This document shows positions 32,636 to 42,548 of a stretch of DNA of 64,000 bases, piece after piece. Source of the stretch: Patescibacteria group bacterium (GTDB lineage Bacteria; Patescibacteriota; Patescibacteriia; GWA2-46-9). The DNA is taken from NCBI GenBank assembly GCA_041660005.1, contig JBAZXG010000006.1, positions 1,879-65,878 on the forward strand. Direction: 5' to 3'. The notes beneath the pieces were generated by a model, which saw only the letters and a program-made list of their open reading frames with translations, did no database searches and was not told the origin of the DNA. Position 1 is the first letter of the stretch. Each line of letters begins with the position of its first letter. Made by a program: the position numbers and the translations under genes.

Positions 32636-33400
32636 ATGTTTTTAGCAATTCAGAACATCGGCATTTTAGTAAATGCTTTTATCTGCGCAACAGTTGCTGG
32701 CACTGCTTTTGCGCTCACTCTTGCCCTCTTCCTGAGAAGAGAGCAGCAAAATCCTGCAACCGAAGCCTACGCTTGGTTTTGGTGGTTTACGGCTCTCGTC
32801 TGGTCATTCTCGGCAATACGCTACGTTGCCGTAAGCTTTGGCTACACAGGCGTATGGGTTGAGCACACTGATGTTCTCGTGCAAGCTTCCGTTTTTTTAG
32901 GGGGACCTGCCCTTTTCTATTACCTCCTAACACGCGTCTTTGGTTCAGCGAAAATTGCCTACATCGGCAGTTCGTGTTCGCTCGTTGCGGGTCTCATCGC
33001 TCTCGGACTTGCTTTACAGCAGGGCGGGGTACCGCTTGGTGACGTTACTCACTTTTCAGCTGAATCTACCATCAACGCCAAGTCCTTTGCTATCTTTGGT
33101 GCTGAAATCGCTTTTATTATACCGCTTGCCATCTTTGATCTCATACATAGGTTACGTGCATGGGGAAAACAAAAACGTTCAGTTCTTCTTTACGACGCAC
33201 TCCACACAGCCCCTCTTTTGCTGTACGTACTACTCGGTGCCATTGATGAATCAAAAATCATTACTTCCTGGCCTTTAGTCATTTTCCGCATTCTCTACGT
33301 TGCAGGTTTTCTCTTCGTTTATATTGTCATTACGCAGGAAGAAGTTCTAAAGGAGGACTACCTTTTCCAAAAAACTGAGACGACAGCGACCTATGCCTGA
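32636..33400 (+). CDS. Seven-TM membrane protein, probable sensor partner of the adjacent kinase
   Basis: ~7 hydrophobic helices; overlaps the kinase start by 8 bp. Confidence 0.75.
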   Translation: MFLAIQNIGILVNAFICATVAGTAFALTLALFLRREQQNPATEAYAWFWWFTALVWSFSAIRYVAVSFGYTGVWVEHTDVLVQASVFLGGPALFYYLLTRVFGSAKIAYIGSSCSLVAGLIALGLALQQGGVPLGDVTHFSAESTINAKSFAIFGAEIAFIIPLAIFDLIHRLRAWGKQKRSVLLYDALHTAPLLLYVLLGAIDESKIITSWPLVIFRILYVAGFLFVYIVITQEEVLKEDYLFQKTETTATYA

Positions 33401-34661
33401 AACAACAATTGTCGAAAAAGTAGAGCCACGTAATCCTCCAGAGCTTCCTGAAAACCCATTCACTGTCGCTTCTCCTACACCAACACTACCAACAAGAAAG
33501 GCGGTAATGCACGACAGTCGGCGCCGTTCCGTTTTTTTAAGAATTTTAATTACCTTCTTTTTGCTTTCGGTAACACCGATTGCAATATCTGCAGGGCTAA
33601 CAGCTACCGTATATCAAAGCTCTATCCGCCAATTTTTGCCAGCAACAAGCGTTGACCAAGTTGAACAAGTACTTTTAGCACAAAACATTCTCATACTCAT
33701 CCTGGTTGTAATCATGGTTATTTTTGCCGGAAGTCTCATCTCTGCGTCGCTCGTCCGCCCACTGAACCGGCTCGTCAAACTAACGCACCTGGTTGGCGAA
33801 GGAGAGCTTCGGTATCGCCTTAAGGCAACCTCACGCGACGAAATTTCAGAACTTACGGAAGCATTTAACATCATGGTTGATCGGCTAGAAGAGCAGCGCC
33901 GTCGCGAACGTCTCATTAGTCAAATGAAATCAGAATTTATTTCTATTGCCGCACATCAACTGCGTACACCGCTCTCTGCCGTCAAATGGACGTTGCGCAT
34001 GCTTGAGGAGGGTGATATTGGTCCGCTCTCAGAAGAACAGCGTGAATTTATTGAGCGCGGATATCGAGTTAACGAGCGCATGATTCGCCTGGTCGGGGAT
34101 CTCCTTAATGTTGCCCGTATTGAAGAGGGGCGATTCGGCTACGAACGTATTGCAACTGATTTTCTTGCTTACCTTTCGCAAACGGTTGAAAAGTTCCGCG
34201 TGGAAGCGGCAGCTCAAGGTGTCGGCTTGTCCTACGAAAAACCGAACTTCACCCTACCGAAACTGCTTATTGACCCAGCGAAGATGGAGCTTGCAATACA
34301 AAACATTATTGAAAACGCCATTAAATATTCACAACCCGGCGGTCTCATTAATGTTGGCGTTACCCGTAAGACCGACAAAATCGAAGTAACGATCGAGGAC
34401 CACGGCGTCGGTATTCCAGAACATCAGATGCACCGCCTTTTTACCAAGTTCTTTAGGGCTGACAATGTCGTGCGTATGCAGACCGAAGGATCGGGTCTTG
34501 GTCTTTTCATTGTGAAGAACATTATAAAAAATCACGGCGGAGATATCCGCGCTGAATCGAAAGAAGGCCAGGGAACAAAAATGATATTCAATCTTCCTCT
34601 CTCCGCTACCGCAATTCCACAAAAAGAAACGACTTTCGAAGAATTTGTCGGCGGTCTCTAG
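33393..34661 (+). CDS. HAMP-domain sensor histidine kinase
   Basis: Two TM helices, HAMP (DEISEL), AHQLRTPL H-box, ENAIKYS, DHGVGI, GSGLGLF. Confidence 0.95.
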   Translation: MPETTIVEKVEPRNPPELPENPFTVASPTPTLPTRKAVMHDSRRRSVFLRILITFFLLSVTPIAISAGLTATVYQSSIRQFLPATSVDQVEQVLLAQNILILILVVIMVIFAGSLISASLVRPLNRLVKLTHLVGEGELRYRLKATSRDEISELTEAFNIMVDRLEEQRRRERLISQMKSEFISIAAHQLRTPLSAVKWTLRMLEEGDIGPLSEEQREFIERGYRVNERMIRLVGDLLNVARIEEGRFGYERIATDFLAYLSQTVEKFRVEAAAQGVGLSYEKPNFTLPKLLIDPAKMELAIQNIIENAIKYSQPGGLINVGVTRKTDKIEVTIEDHGVGIPEHQMHRLFTKFFRADNVVRMQTEGSGLGLFIVKNIIKNHGGDIRAESKEGQGTKMIFNLPLSATAIPQKETTFEEFVGGL

Positions 34662-34681
34662 TAGTGAACTCACTATGCTGG

Positions 34682-37345
34682 TTAGGCCGTAGCGTAACGC
34701 GGTGATTCGGTCACCGACCAGGTTCTTGTAAAACGTTTAACAATTTCAATGGTTGTGATATCAAAAACCGCCACACCAACAATGAAGAGTAGATGACTTG
34801 GAACAAGCGGAACAGTGCCTAGTAAATAATTAAAGAACGGCATGTAGATTGTGGCCAGAGCAATGAGAAGACTTCCGGCGGTGGTGAACAACAAGAAGCG
34901 GTTTCCGTTAATACCCGTAACCCAAATAGGCCGATCCAACGAACGCAGTGAGAAAATGTAAAGCAACGGATTAATAGCGATAATAGCAAACATGATGGTT
35001 CGCGCGTACGGTATATCAACGCCAAGACGCTGTGCAAAGTATCCGAAACCAGCAAGGAGAAGCAGATCCCGAACGATAGCAGTACCAAATACGATAATCT
35101 GACCCTGTGCTGTTAAAATAGGCGCCGTTCTTCCGACGGGAGCACGCTGCATAACATTCGGCTCTCCTGGTTCAAAGGCAAGAGAAAAGGTTGGCAAACC
35201 GTCTTGAATCATATTTGCCCAAAGAATCATTACCGGTGTTAACGGCAACGGTAGACCAAGGAGCAAGGTTCCAAGAATTAAAATAAGCTCGGTAAACGAT
35301 GCGGAGAGTAAGAAGAGGGTCACCTTGCGTATATTGTCAAACGTAATCCGTCCCTCTTTTACCGCAGCAGTAATGGTGCTCAGTCCATTATTCAGCAAAA
35401 CCAGGTCGGCAGCTTCTTTGGTGGCGTCAGTAGCAGACACCGTTGCTACGCCGATATCAGCAGCTCGCAATGCCGGAGCGTCATTAATACCGTCACCCGT
35501 CATGGCCACTGATTCTCCATTAGCCATGAGCGCGCGTACGATGCGTAACTTATGCTCGGCAGTAACGCGGCAGTAGATAGCAACATCATGAACGACGCGA
35601 CGTAACTGCTCGTCTGATAATGTATCAAGAAAGGCACCAGTAACAACACTTTCTTCTGTTGTTGTGGAAAAACCAAGTTCCCGACCGATCGCCGTTGCGG
35701 TGAGCAGATGATCGCCAGTTATCATAAGAACGCGTATACCCGCTTTCCTGGTAACCGCCAAGGTTTCTTTTACATCAGAGCGGATTGGATCGCGTAATGC
35801 CACAATGCCGCGAAAATGCAGTTCAGAAACAAGCGCCCGCAATTTTGTAACATGGTTCACAGGTGTATTTCTTGGTAAGACTCTGTCAGCGATGCCAATA
35901 AGTCGATACCCCTCGGATGCCAGACGCTCCTGGAGAACGAGTAGATTCTTTCGGTCCTCCTCTTTCAATACAGCGGCGTTCCCGAGAAACTTTGAGGAAG
36001 TTAGCAACAACTCAGGAGCACCCGTAACTAGACAGTGCAGAGCGTCTGGTTTTTCTTTGTCGTTAACAAATGCGGCAATGTATTTGGTATGTGAGGTAAA
36101 TGGCAAAAAGGCAACCTCACTAAAGCGTACCCTGTTTTGCACTAAATCAGCGTTTTCTTTTAAAACAAACTCAAGCTTGGCTCGATCGGTGGCACCACCG
36201 CGAAAGACGAACGAGTCTCCATCTTTTTCGCTCACTGCTTCATTGGCAAGAGCCAAAGCAAGAAGAGCAGTCTCGTGGTCTCCTTCCAAAAAAGCTTGCT
36301 CAACCTTCATCACACCTTCGGTTAAAGTACCGGTTTTGTCGGCGCAAATAACGGTCGTCGACCCCAACGTCTCGGCGGCAATTGGTTGGCGAACAAGTCC
36401 TTTCTGCTTAAGGATCCGTGTTGTTGAAACAGCGAGTACCACAGAAAGTGCCGCCACTAAACCTTCAGGAATAGCTGCCACTGCCACCGCTACTGCAGTT
36501 TCAAATGAGGCAAAAAATCCTAACCCCCCAAAAGCACCGACAGAAATAATAATGATTCCAACCGCTACAACAGCGATACTGATACGATTGGCTAAATGCC
36601 GCAAACGAATTTGCAAAGGAGTGAGGTGGTTGTCAGCAAGGGCGGTCAACGTCGCAATTCGACCGAGCTCTGTATTGGCACCAGTTGCCACAACGACAAC
36701 CTGACCACTACCGCGTTCAACAACCGTACCCATCCACACCATATTCGATTGGTCGGCGAGCGGAGTTTTCTGGGAAACAGGATCAGTATTTTTTTTCACC
36801 AAGGTCGATTCCCCGGTCAAAATAGCCTCGTTTGTTTCAAGATCACGTGTTTGAATAATTCTGCTGTCAGCTGGTATCATCGCGCCGGCTTTAAGGTGCA
36901 CGAAGTCTCCGGGTACAAGATCTCTGGCGTCAATCTCGCGGAGCATACCCTCTCGCCACACCAAAGCAGAAACACGCACAATGCGACGTAAGGAAACTAA
37001 CGTTTTTTCTGAACGGTGCTCCTGGTAAAAACCAATAGCGGCATTCAAAACGACAACCATTAATATGACGGCGGTGTCCCCATATTCTTGCAGCCAAAAA
37101 GTCAGAGCGGCCGCAACTAACAAAATATAAATGAGCGGACTTACAAACTGATGCGCAAGCAAACGAAACCAACTAAACTTTTTTCCCACTGGCAGTTCGT
37201 TGGCTCCATAGAGTGACCGCCGATCGAGAACTTCATTGTTGGTTAATCCTGTTTCTTTGCTCGTGCGTAACGATGAGAGTACCTCGCTACCAGAAAGCGC
37301 ATGCCAGAAAATTGAACTGTTTAACTGCCCCGTGGTATTCGCCAT
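34682..37345 (-). CDS. P-type cation-transporting ATPase (type II, Ca2+-like)
   Basis: LTGES, AAIPEGL, DKTGTLT, DPIR, TGDH, MTGDGINDAPAL. Confidence 0.95.
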   Translation of the reverse strand: MANTTGQLNSSIFWHALSGSEVLSSLRTSKETGLTNNEVLDRRSLYGANELPVGKKFSWFRLLAHQFVSPLIYILLVAAALTFWLQEYGDTAVILMVVVLNAAIGFYQEHRSEKTLVSLRRIVRVSALVWREGMLREIDARDLVPGDFVHLKAGAMIPADSRIIQTRDLETNEAILTGESTLVKKNTDPVSQKTPLADQSNMVWMGTVVERGSGQVVVVATGANTELGRIATLTALADNHLTPLQIRLRHLANRISIAVVAVGIIIISVGAFGGLGFFASFETAVAVAVAAIPEGLVAALSVVLAVSTTRILKQKGLVRQPIAAETLGSTTVICADKTGTLTEGVMKVEQAFLEGDHETALLALALANEAVSEKDGDSFVFRGGATDRAKLEFVLKENADLVQNRVRFSEVAFLPFTSHTKYIAAFVNDKEKPDALHCLVTGAPELLLTSSKFLGNAAVLKEEDRKNLLVLQERLASEGYRLIGIADRVLPRNTPVNHVTKLRALVSELHFRGIVALRDPIRSDVKETLAVTRKAGIRVLMITGDHLLTATAIGRELGFSTTTEESVVTGAFLDTLSDEQLRRVVHDVAIYCRVTAEHKLRIVRALMANGESVAMTGDGINDAPALRAADIGVATVSATDATKEAADLVLLNNGLSTITAAVKEGRITFDNIRKVTLFLLSASFTELILILGTLLLGLPLPLTPVMILWANMIQDGLPTFSLAFEPGEPNVMQRAPVGRTAPILTAQGQIIVFGTAIVRDLLLLAGFGYFAQRLGVDIPYARTIMFAIIAINPLLYIFSLRSLDRPIWVTGINGNRFLLFTTAGSLLIALATIYMPFFNYLLGTVPLVPSHLLFIVGVAVFDITTIEIVKRFTRTWSVTESPRYATA

Positions 37346-37391
37346 AATGGTTTATTAAACCAGTATAGCATAGAGATTACGGCTGCTTGAC

Positions 37392-37795
37392 GCACGGAAT
37401 AATTTTTGAACGACCTCATACTGAGGGAAACCTGCCCGACTGTGTCATTCAGGCGGGGGAACATTAAGGAAAATCCCACACCCTAAACAATCCGCCTGCG
37501 AGTGAAGTAATCATGAGCACGCAGGCCGTAGGGCTTGCCTGCTTGCGCGCGGAATAATTACTTCACGACCTCACGCAGAGGGAAAGAGTTATTCGAGAAA
37601 ACTCCGCCAAAGGCGGACAGGCATAATGTTGTCTCGAAAGAGCTATTACTGAGTGAGAACTTTTCGAGAACCACAATCTGTCTATGACAGTTGTGGAAGC
37701 GGAGAAAAGTTCGAACGTCCTCTGCTGAGGGAAAGGAACATTAAGGAAAATCCCACAGGGACTTCCGTTGGTCGCCGGAAGGTTTGCCTTAACTC
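37392..37795 (-). repeat. Modular tRNA-trailing repeat, copy 3 (two core units)
   Basis: Reverse-strand matches to modules at 17390-17575 and 23352-23635; one unit is interrupted by a 27-bp insert at 37431-37457. Confidence 0.85.
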
Positions 37796-37809
37796 TTGAA
37801 AGGAGCCAC

Positions 37810-37885
37810 TGGGGCGGCCAGAGGGAGTTGAACCCTCACCGAAAGGTCCACAACCTTTTGTGCTAACCGCTACACCATGGCCGCC
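37810..37885 (-). tRNA. tRNA-His(GTG)
   Basis: G-1 plus GCGGCCA acceptor, AAAGG-TTGTGGA-CCTTT, C discriminator, CCA. Confidence 0.95.
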
Positions 37886-37974
37886 CCACTAGCACCTTTC
37901 TTAAAGTGTGCTTCATCATAACGTTTCAGACGACAAACTGTAAAGGTTGACACGAAGCTTCCATACTTTAAGAT

Positions 37975-38472
37975 ATGTCCATCAAGCGAAGGAGGCCTAG
38001 CATGGGCAAGTCAGGAGACGCCCCACATGATGTCCATAACAAGGTCGTCGGGTGGGTGAAGCGAAGAATCAGGAACATCGGCTATGAGGTCCGAGCACCT
38101 AACGGTCGCAGTAACTCGTGCTGCTGCTGCGACCTATTGGTGAGCCATAACGGAAACCGTCCGCTGAGGGTAGCAATCAAAGCTGTGACGATGAGGAGGT
38201 ACACGAATCGCCAAATCAATGGCAACGGCAGTACGCGAAAGTACCACTACCGTGCAGCAAGAACAAACCTACACGACTGCCGGCTATCACGGAGGGCGTC
38301 TGCCGAAGTAGCAGTCATTTGCGTCTTGGAAGACGACCGTATCGTGGTCAGCTACGTTCTTCCATGGCGCGAACTGAGACGAAGGCGGAGCGTGTTCATT
38401 CAACCCGCAGAGACCGTCAGTGGCACGAAGTGGTATGACCAGTATGAGGAGACCTGGTCGCTACTGGGCTGA
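37975..38472 (+). CDS. Basic hypothetical protein, possibly PD-(D/E)XK nuclease-like
   Basis: GYEV...CDLLV...RVAIKA, ending WYDQYEETWSLL; alternative start at 38002 has SD AGGAGG. Confidence 0.55.
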   Translation: MSIKRRRPSMGKSGDAPHDVHNKVVGWVKRRIRNIGYEVRAPNGRSNSCCCCDLLVSHNGNRPLRVAIKAVTMRRYTNRQINGNGSTRKYHYRAARTNLHDCRLSRRASAEVAVICVLEDDRIVVSYVLPWRELRRRRSVFIQPAETVSGTKWYDQYEETWSLLG

Positions 38473-38496
38473 GTGTAGCTCTCCTCTAACAACCAA

Positions 38497-38529
38497 GCGA
38501 CCCCCTGCAAAGCACAAGCAGGGGGTCGC
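38497..38529. terminator. Hairpin between convergent genes
   Basis: GCGACCCCCTGC-AAAGCACAA-GCAGGGGGTCGC. Confidence 0.75.
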
Positions 38530-38545
38530 ACACGTTTACCAATAA

Positions 38546-39526
38546 TTAATGTAGGGTCGTAATCGGTCGCGACTGAGTGATGTAAAACTTTTTCTTATAC
38601 AACGCCCATTCAATATCTTGTGGGTGTTTATAATGGCGTTCAATCAATACGCAAATTTTTGCGAGTTCTATAATTTGTTTACCTGTGAGCTTTTGCTTGC
38701 CACCAACCTTCGGACTTAACTTTTTTTCTATAGTACCTTTTTGCGCTCTAACAATCGCCATTCTTTGCTCAGATACATTAATGTCGAGAAGTGAATAATT
38801 TTTCTTCAAAATAACGTAGGTGTCAGGGGTGACCTGTCCAGAAACAATCGCTTCTCCTAACCCAAAGCCAGCTTCAATGACTATTTGATCTCGATCGTTC
38901 GTTACAGGATGAGTAGTGAAGGCAATGCCAGAAACTTCAGATTGCACCATTTGCTGCACCACAACAGCGACGGATACAGGCACACGATGCAGTTTTTTCT
39001 CAAAACGATAAAAGATCGCGCGTGGGGTGAATAACGACGACCAACATTTCATTACTGATTGAGTAAGATTTTTTTCAGATACGTTCAAGTATGTTTCTAA
39101 CTCACCTGCCCAGGAAGCAACTTTTGAGTCTTCGGCTGTGGCAGATGAACGCACTGCAACAAGAATTTTTTTGCCTTTGCTTAACTGTTTATACGCTGCC
39201 TTAACTTCTCTTTGCAAGTTTAATGGCATTTTCTCTCGGTGTATAATGTCACGAATTTTAACCGACGCCTTTTCGACCGAGTTAATATCTTTGGGCTTCA
39301 CACTGTGCAAAATGTTTTCGAGTTCAATATTAATGTCTGTTTCTGCCATAAACGCATCAAAAGCAGATGCTAGCACAACAAAACCAGGCGGCACGAATCC
39401 CTGGGCTTGCCCGCCGAATCCTTGGAGAAGGTGGGTCATTTCGCCCAAGGAAGCACCTTTGCCACCAGCGATTTTTACGTCACTATTAGTTATTTTTTCA
39501 AAAACTTTTGTGAACAATAAACTCAT
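38546..39526 (-). CDS. Stand-alone PEP synthase/PPDK N-terminal ATP-binding (ATP-grasp) domain
   Basis: GGKGASLGEM, VPPGFV, VAVRSSATAED, VQQMV, GLGEAIVSG, PQDIEWA; stops right after QSRPITT. Confidence 0.93.
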   Translation of the reverse strand: MSLLFTKVFEKITNSDVKIAGGKGASLGEMTHLLQGFGGQAQGFVPPGFVVLASAFDAFMAETDINIELENILHSVKPKDINSVEKASVKIRDIIHREKMPLNLQREVKAAYKQLSKGKKILVAVRSSATAEDSKVASWAGELETYLNVSEKNLTQSVMKCWSSLFTPRAIFYRFEKKLHRVPVSVAVVVQQMVQSEVSGIAFTTHPVTNDRDQIVIEAGFGLGEAIVSGQVTPDTYVILKKNYSLLDINVSEQRMAIVRAQKGTIEKKLSPKVGGKQKLTGKQIIELAKICVLIERHYKHPQDIEWALYKKKFYITQSRPITTLH

Positions 39527-41034
39527 ACTTTTTTTATTATACCTCTATTCGCATCAACCTCAATAATATCGCCCTCCTTAATTTGTTCTAAAACGCCCTG
39601 CGCACCAACAACCGCCGGTATTTTTAACTCCCGCGACACAATTGCCGCGTGCGAAGTAATACCTCCTTCTTCCGTCACAATACCACCAGCAATTTTCATA
39701 ACGGGTATATACTCTGGGCGAGTGTTTGGCGCAACAAGAATGTCGCCACGTTGGAACTTTTTAAAATCTTTTTGACTAAGCACAATCTTGGCAGTACCAA
39801 TAACTTTACCAGGATACGCCGTTCGACCAACTACGTTATCAGTAACAACCAAACTATTCATAAACTGTAATAACGCCTTTGCTTCCCGACCGCTGACAAA
39901 CTGAAGAGTTGTTTTTTTAGGAATAGCAACAAAAATCCCTCGCCTACGTGTTTGTAATATCTTACGATACTGTGATGTCGGCGAAAGTAATTTTTCCGCC
40001 TCCCAATACAAGGCGTACTCCGCTTCACGTAATGGCACACGACTTCTTCTAGTAAATTCTTGAAGGTACCGCTTCAGTAGTTCGTTCCCCATTTGGTTCA
40101 TAGCTTTTCGCTCATCCCGCCAGGTGGCAACAATACTGATCATGTTCGCTACCAACAAAACGGCATGCGGAATTTTCATGCGGCGAATAAATACTTTTTT
40201 CTTTAATAAGTCCCTCTTCAAAACAGCAGGCAATCGTAACTCATTATTTAATTTCTTAGGATTTTTTAGCAGTTCACGAATTGTATTTAAAAAATGACTT
40301 GATGTCAGGCGACGTACAAACGCATAATCACTGAGTGACCAAAAATATGTATCAGTGTGTGCTTTAATTTTCTGAACAAAAAATGGAAACCGCTTAGTAA
40401 TAACACCAATACTTGCACCTTTTTTAATCAAACCCTGAAGAGCAGGATTTCTTTCTGCAGCGGCGGCAAGGCGAGCAATATCTAGACGTTCAATTTGTGT
40501 TGGTAGCAAATAAGGACTCTGAACTAGTAGGTCAACTTCGGCTGAAGTTAGACGCACTCCTGCTTTATCGCACACGTTGTAAATAAGTGTCTCTCCGAAC
40601 ACATCAAAAGCATCATGAAACATTGATTCGCGCCAGAGAGAGTGATACTTTTCAATTTCAACATAGTAGCACTTCAAAAGTTCTGCATTACTTAATTGTT
40701 GTATGCCAGCCCACGGCAGTCCTTTAACGACCGAATCTTGAAACTGTTTATATGATTTACGCCATTTTTGGTAGCGACTCCACATATCACCGGGAATGTT
40801 TTGCTCACGATGTAAAAAATAGTTTGTAACTCGCTTCGCATCTTTCTTGGAAAAAAACAGGGTTGCATAATCGTTACTAAAGTAGGTTAAAAAACAAAGC
40901 TGCAAATCCACTGTTTTTTGATCTACGGTCATAGCGACACAGCTACTGTATGGTGGCGAAATATACAAAATTTTAACTGCGGCACCTTGACGGTACCATT
41001 TCAGTTTTGCCAGCTCTTTTTGGACAAATTTCAT
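39523..41034 (-). CDS. PEP-utilizer His-swivel-domain protein with large variable N-terminal domain, paralog 1
   Basis: C-terminal GDILVAPNTRPEY...EEGGITSHAAIVSRELKIPAVVG. Confidence 0.9.
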   Translation of the reverse strand: MKFVQKELAKLKWYRQGAAVKILYISPPYSSCVAMTVDQKTVDLQLCFLTYFSNDYATLFFSKKDAKRVTNYFLHREQNIPGDMWSRYQKWRKSYKQFQDSVVKGLPWAGIQQLSNAELLKCYYVEIEKYHSLWRESMFHDAFDVFGETLIYNVCDKAGVRLTSAEVDLLVQSPYLLPTQIERLDIARLAAAAERNPALQGLIKKGASIGVITKRFPFFVQKIKAHTDTYFWSLSDYAFVRRLTSSHFLNTIRELLKNPKKLNNELRLPAVLKRDLLKKKVFIRRMKIPHAVLLVANMISIVATWRDERKAMNQMGNELLKRYLQEFTRRSRVPLREAEYALYWEAEKLLSPTSQYRKILQTRRRGIFVAIPKKTTLQFVSGREAKALLQFMNSLVVTDNVVGRTAYPGKVIGTAKIVLSQKDFKKFQRGDILVAPNTRPEYIPVMKIAGGIVTEEGGITSHAAIVSRELKIPAVVGAQGVLEQIKEGDIIEVDANRGIIKKV

Positions 41035-42548
41035 AACTTTCTTACTAATCCTTGATCACTATCAATTTCGACAAAATCACCATTCTTTAATACTTTCGTG
41101 GCGACTTTGGTGCCAATTATACAAGGGATGTTCAGTTCACGGGCAATAATTGCTGCATGGCACGTTATACCACCTTCGTCGGTAATAATGGCCCTGGCTT
41201 GACGCACAAGCGGCATAAATTCCGGCCGCGTCATTGTTGTTACCAAAATTGAACCTTTTCTAAATTTCGATTTACTGACCTCAAGCACTACCTGAACACG
41301 ACCTTGAATTTTTTTTACTGGCGAAGCAACAACTTGCCCTTTAATTTCTTTTTTACTTGCTTGGTTAATAAAAATAACACTCCAAATTTTTTTTGCACTG
41401 CTACCTGTATAAATATGTTCATAATTTATACCATTTCGTTTTGTCTGAACGAAAGCTGAAAACTTGCGACGTAGAGCTAATTCGCGTTTATTTGGTATTT
41501 TACCGCCACGCAATAACTGATGACGTTCTTCAATACTCAAATATTTTATCTCCCAAATATTTAGCTTGCTCCGCCGTTCAAGTTCGTTAGCATAAACCTC
41601 AAAATACAGATTAGCAATTAGTGCCAAATGCTTCCTTTCGTCTATCCAACTCATCCAAAAAGACAGTAGTTTAAAGGCAGTTTTTAATTCGTAAGAAAGT
41701 CTAAATTGTTTACGTAAGCGGAACTGTGCTAATCTTAGTCTCTTTATTTTTGATAGTAAATTATACAACTCGACTTTTAACTTTTTTTGAGAGTTCTCTT
41801 CGCATTGTCGTCGTACCTCTTTATAAAGAATGCTAGGAATCAATAAATTGGATTTCTTATAGTTTGAATTAAGCCAGAAATATTTTTTTGATAACAGATT
41901 GACAGTTTTTTGAAGCGCTGTCGGACTTTTTGACAAAGAACTGAATCTACGAACTACGCCGTACCATCGAACGGCTACTTCTAGAACTTCACATTGATAC
42001 TCCTCAAGAAAACTTAACTTTAATGGTTGCGATAAAGTTGCCATGATATTTGTTACCTCCGCTGGTGTAAGCTGCGGTAGCTCCCGAGATAGTAACTTCG
42101 GTAATTCATACGTTGTAAAAACATCTGCCGATTCTAATACCCAAGTAATTCGCCAATGGTCAAGAACGAGCCGATTAAAACGGTCCATGGATTTGATTAC
42201 TTCCTGATCGCTCAACCCATTTCTTGATTTAATAAAAAAATCTCCCTCTCTATTAATACCACGCCTAACTTCCCGCCAGAGTTCATAATTCTTTCGCTGC
42301 AATGTTGAACCTCTTTGATACTTTTTCCAAAGATAATGCCAGATTGCCAATTTTTGATCCTCGGGTGTCTCTTCAAATACAAAATCCGATTTGAAAAATG
42401 CTACCATAAAGTTTGGCAACGTTGGATGCCAAAATTTTGACTGCTCAACAAAAGCACGAACCCAAATAGAAAACATGGGCACCGCTGGTGCCTCCTCCGA
42501 CCAGTAAGTATGTTTTTTTGTTTCTTTCAACGTTCTTTCTAAACTCAT
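41031..42548 (-). CDS. PEP-utilizer His-swivel-domain protein, paralog 2
   Basis: ILVTTMTRPEF...DEGGITCHAAIIARELNIPCIIG. Confidence 0.9.
   Translation of the reverse strand: MSLERTLKETKKHTYWSEEAPAVPMFSIWVRAFVEQSKFWHPTLPNFMVAFFKSDFVFEETPEDQKLAIWHYLWKKYQRGSTLQRKNYELWREVRRGINREGDFFIKSRNGLSDQEVIKSMDRFNRLVLDHWRITWVLESADVFTTYELPKLLSRELPQLTPAEVTNIMATLSQPLKLSFLEEYQCEVLEVAVRWYGVVRRFSSLSKSPTALQKTVNLLSKKYFWLNSNYKKSNLLIPSILYKEVRRQCEENSQKKLKVELYNLLSKIKRLRLAQFRLRKQFRLSYELKTAFKLLSFWMSWIDERKHLALIANLYFEVYANELERRSKLNIWEIKYLSIEERHQLLRGGKIPNKRELALRRKFSAFVQTKRNGINYEHIYTGSSAKKIWSVIFINQASKKEIKGQVVASPVKKIQGRVQVVLEVSKSKFRKGSILVTTMTRPEFMPLVRQARAIITDEGGITCHAAIIARELNIPCIIGTKVATKVLKNGDFVEIDSDQGLVRKL

Noticed and set aside
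35805-36704. 299-aa + strand ORF
   Set aside because: Antisense shadow of the P-type ATPase.
38546-41034. Frameshifted ppsA pseudogene
   Set aside because: The gene order is reversed relative to ppsA domains, each ORF has its own start and stop with ATGA coupling, and no PEP-binding barrel domain is present.
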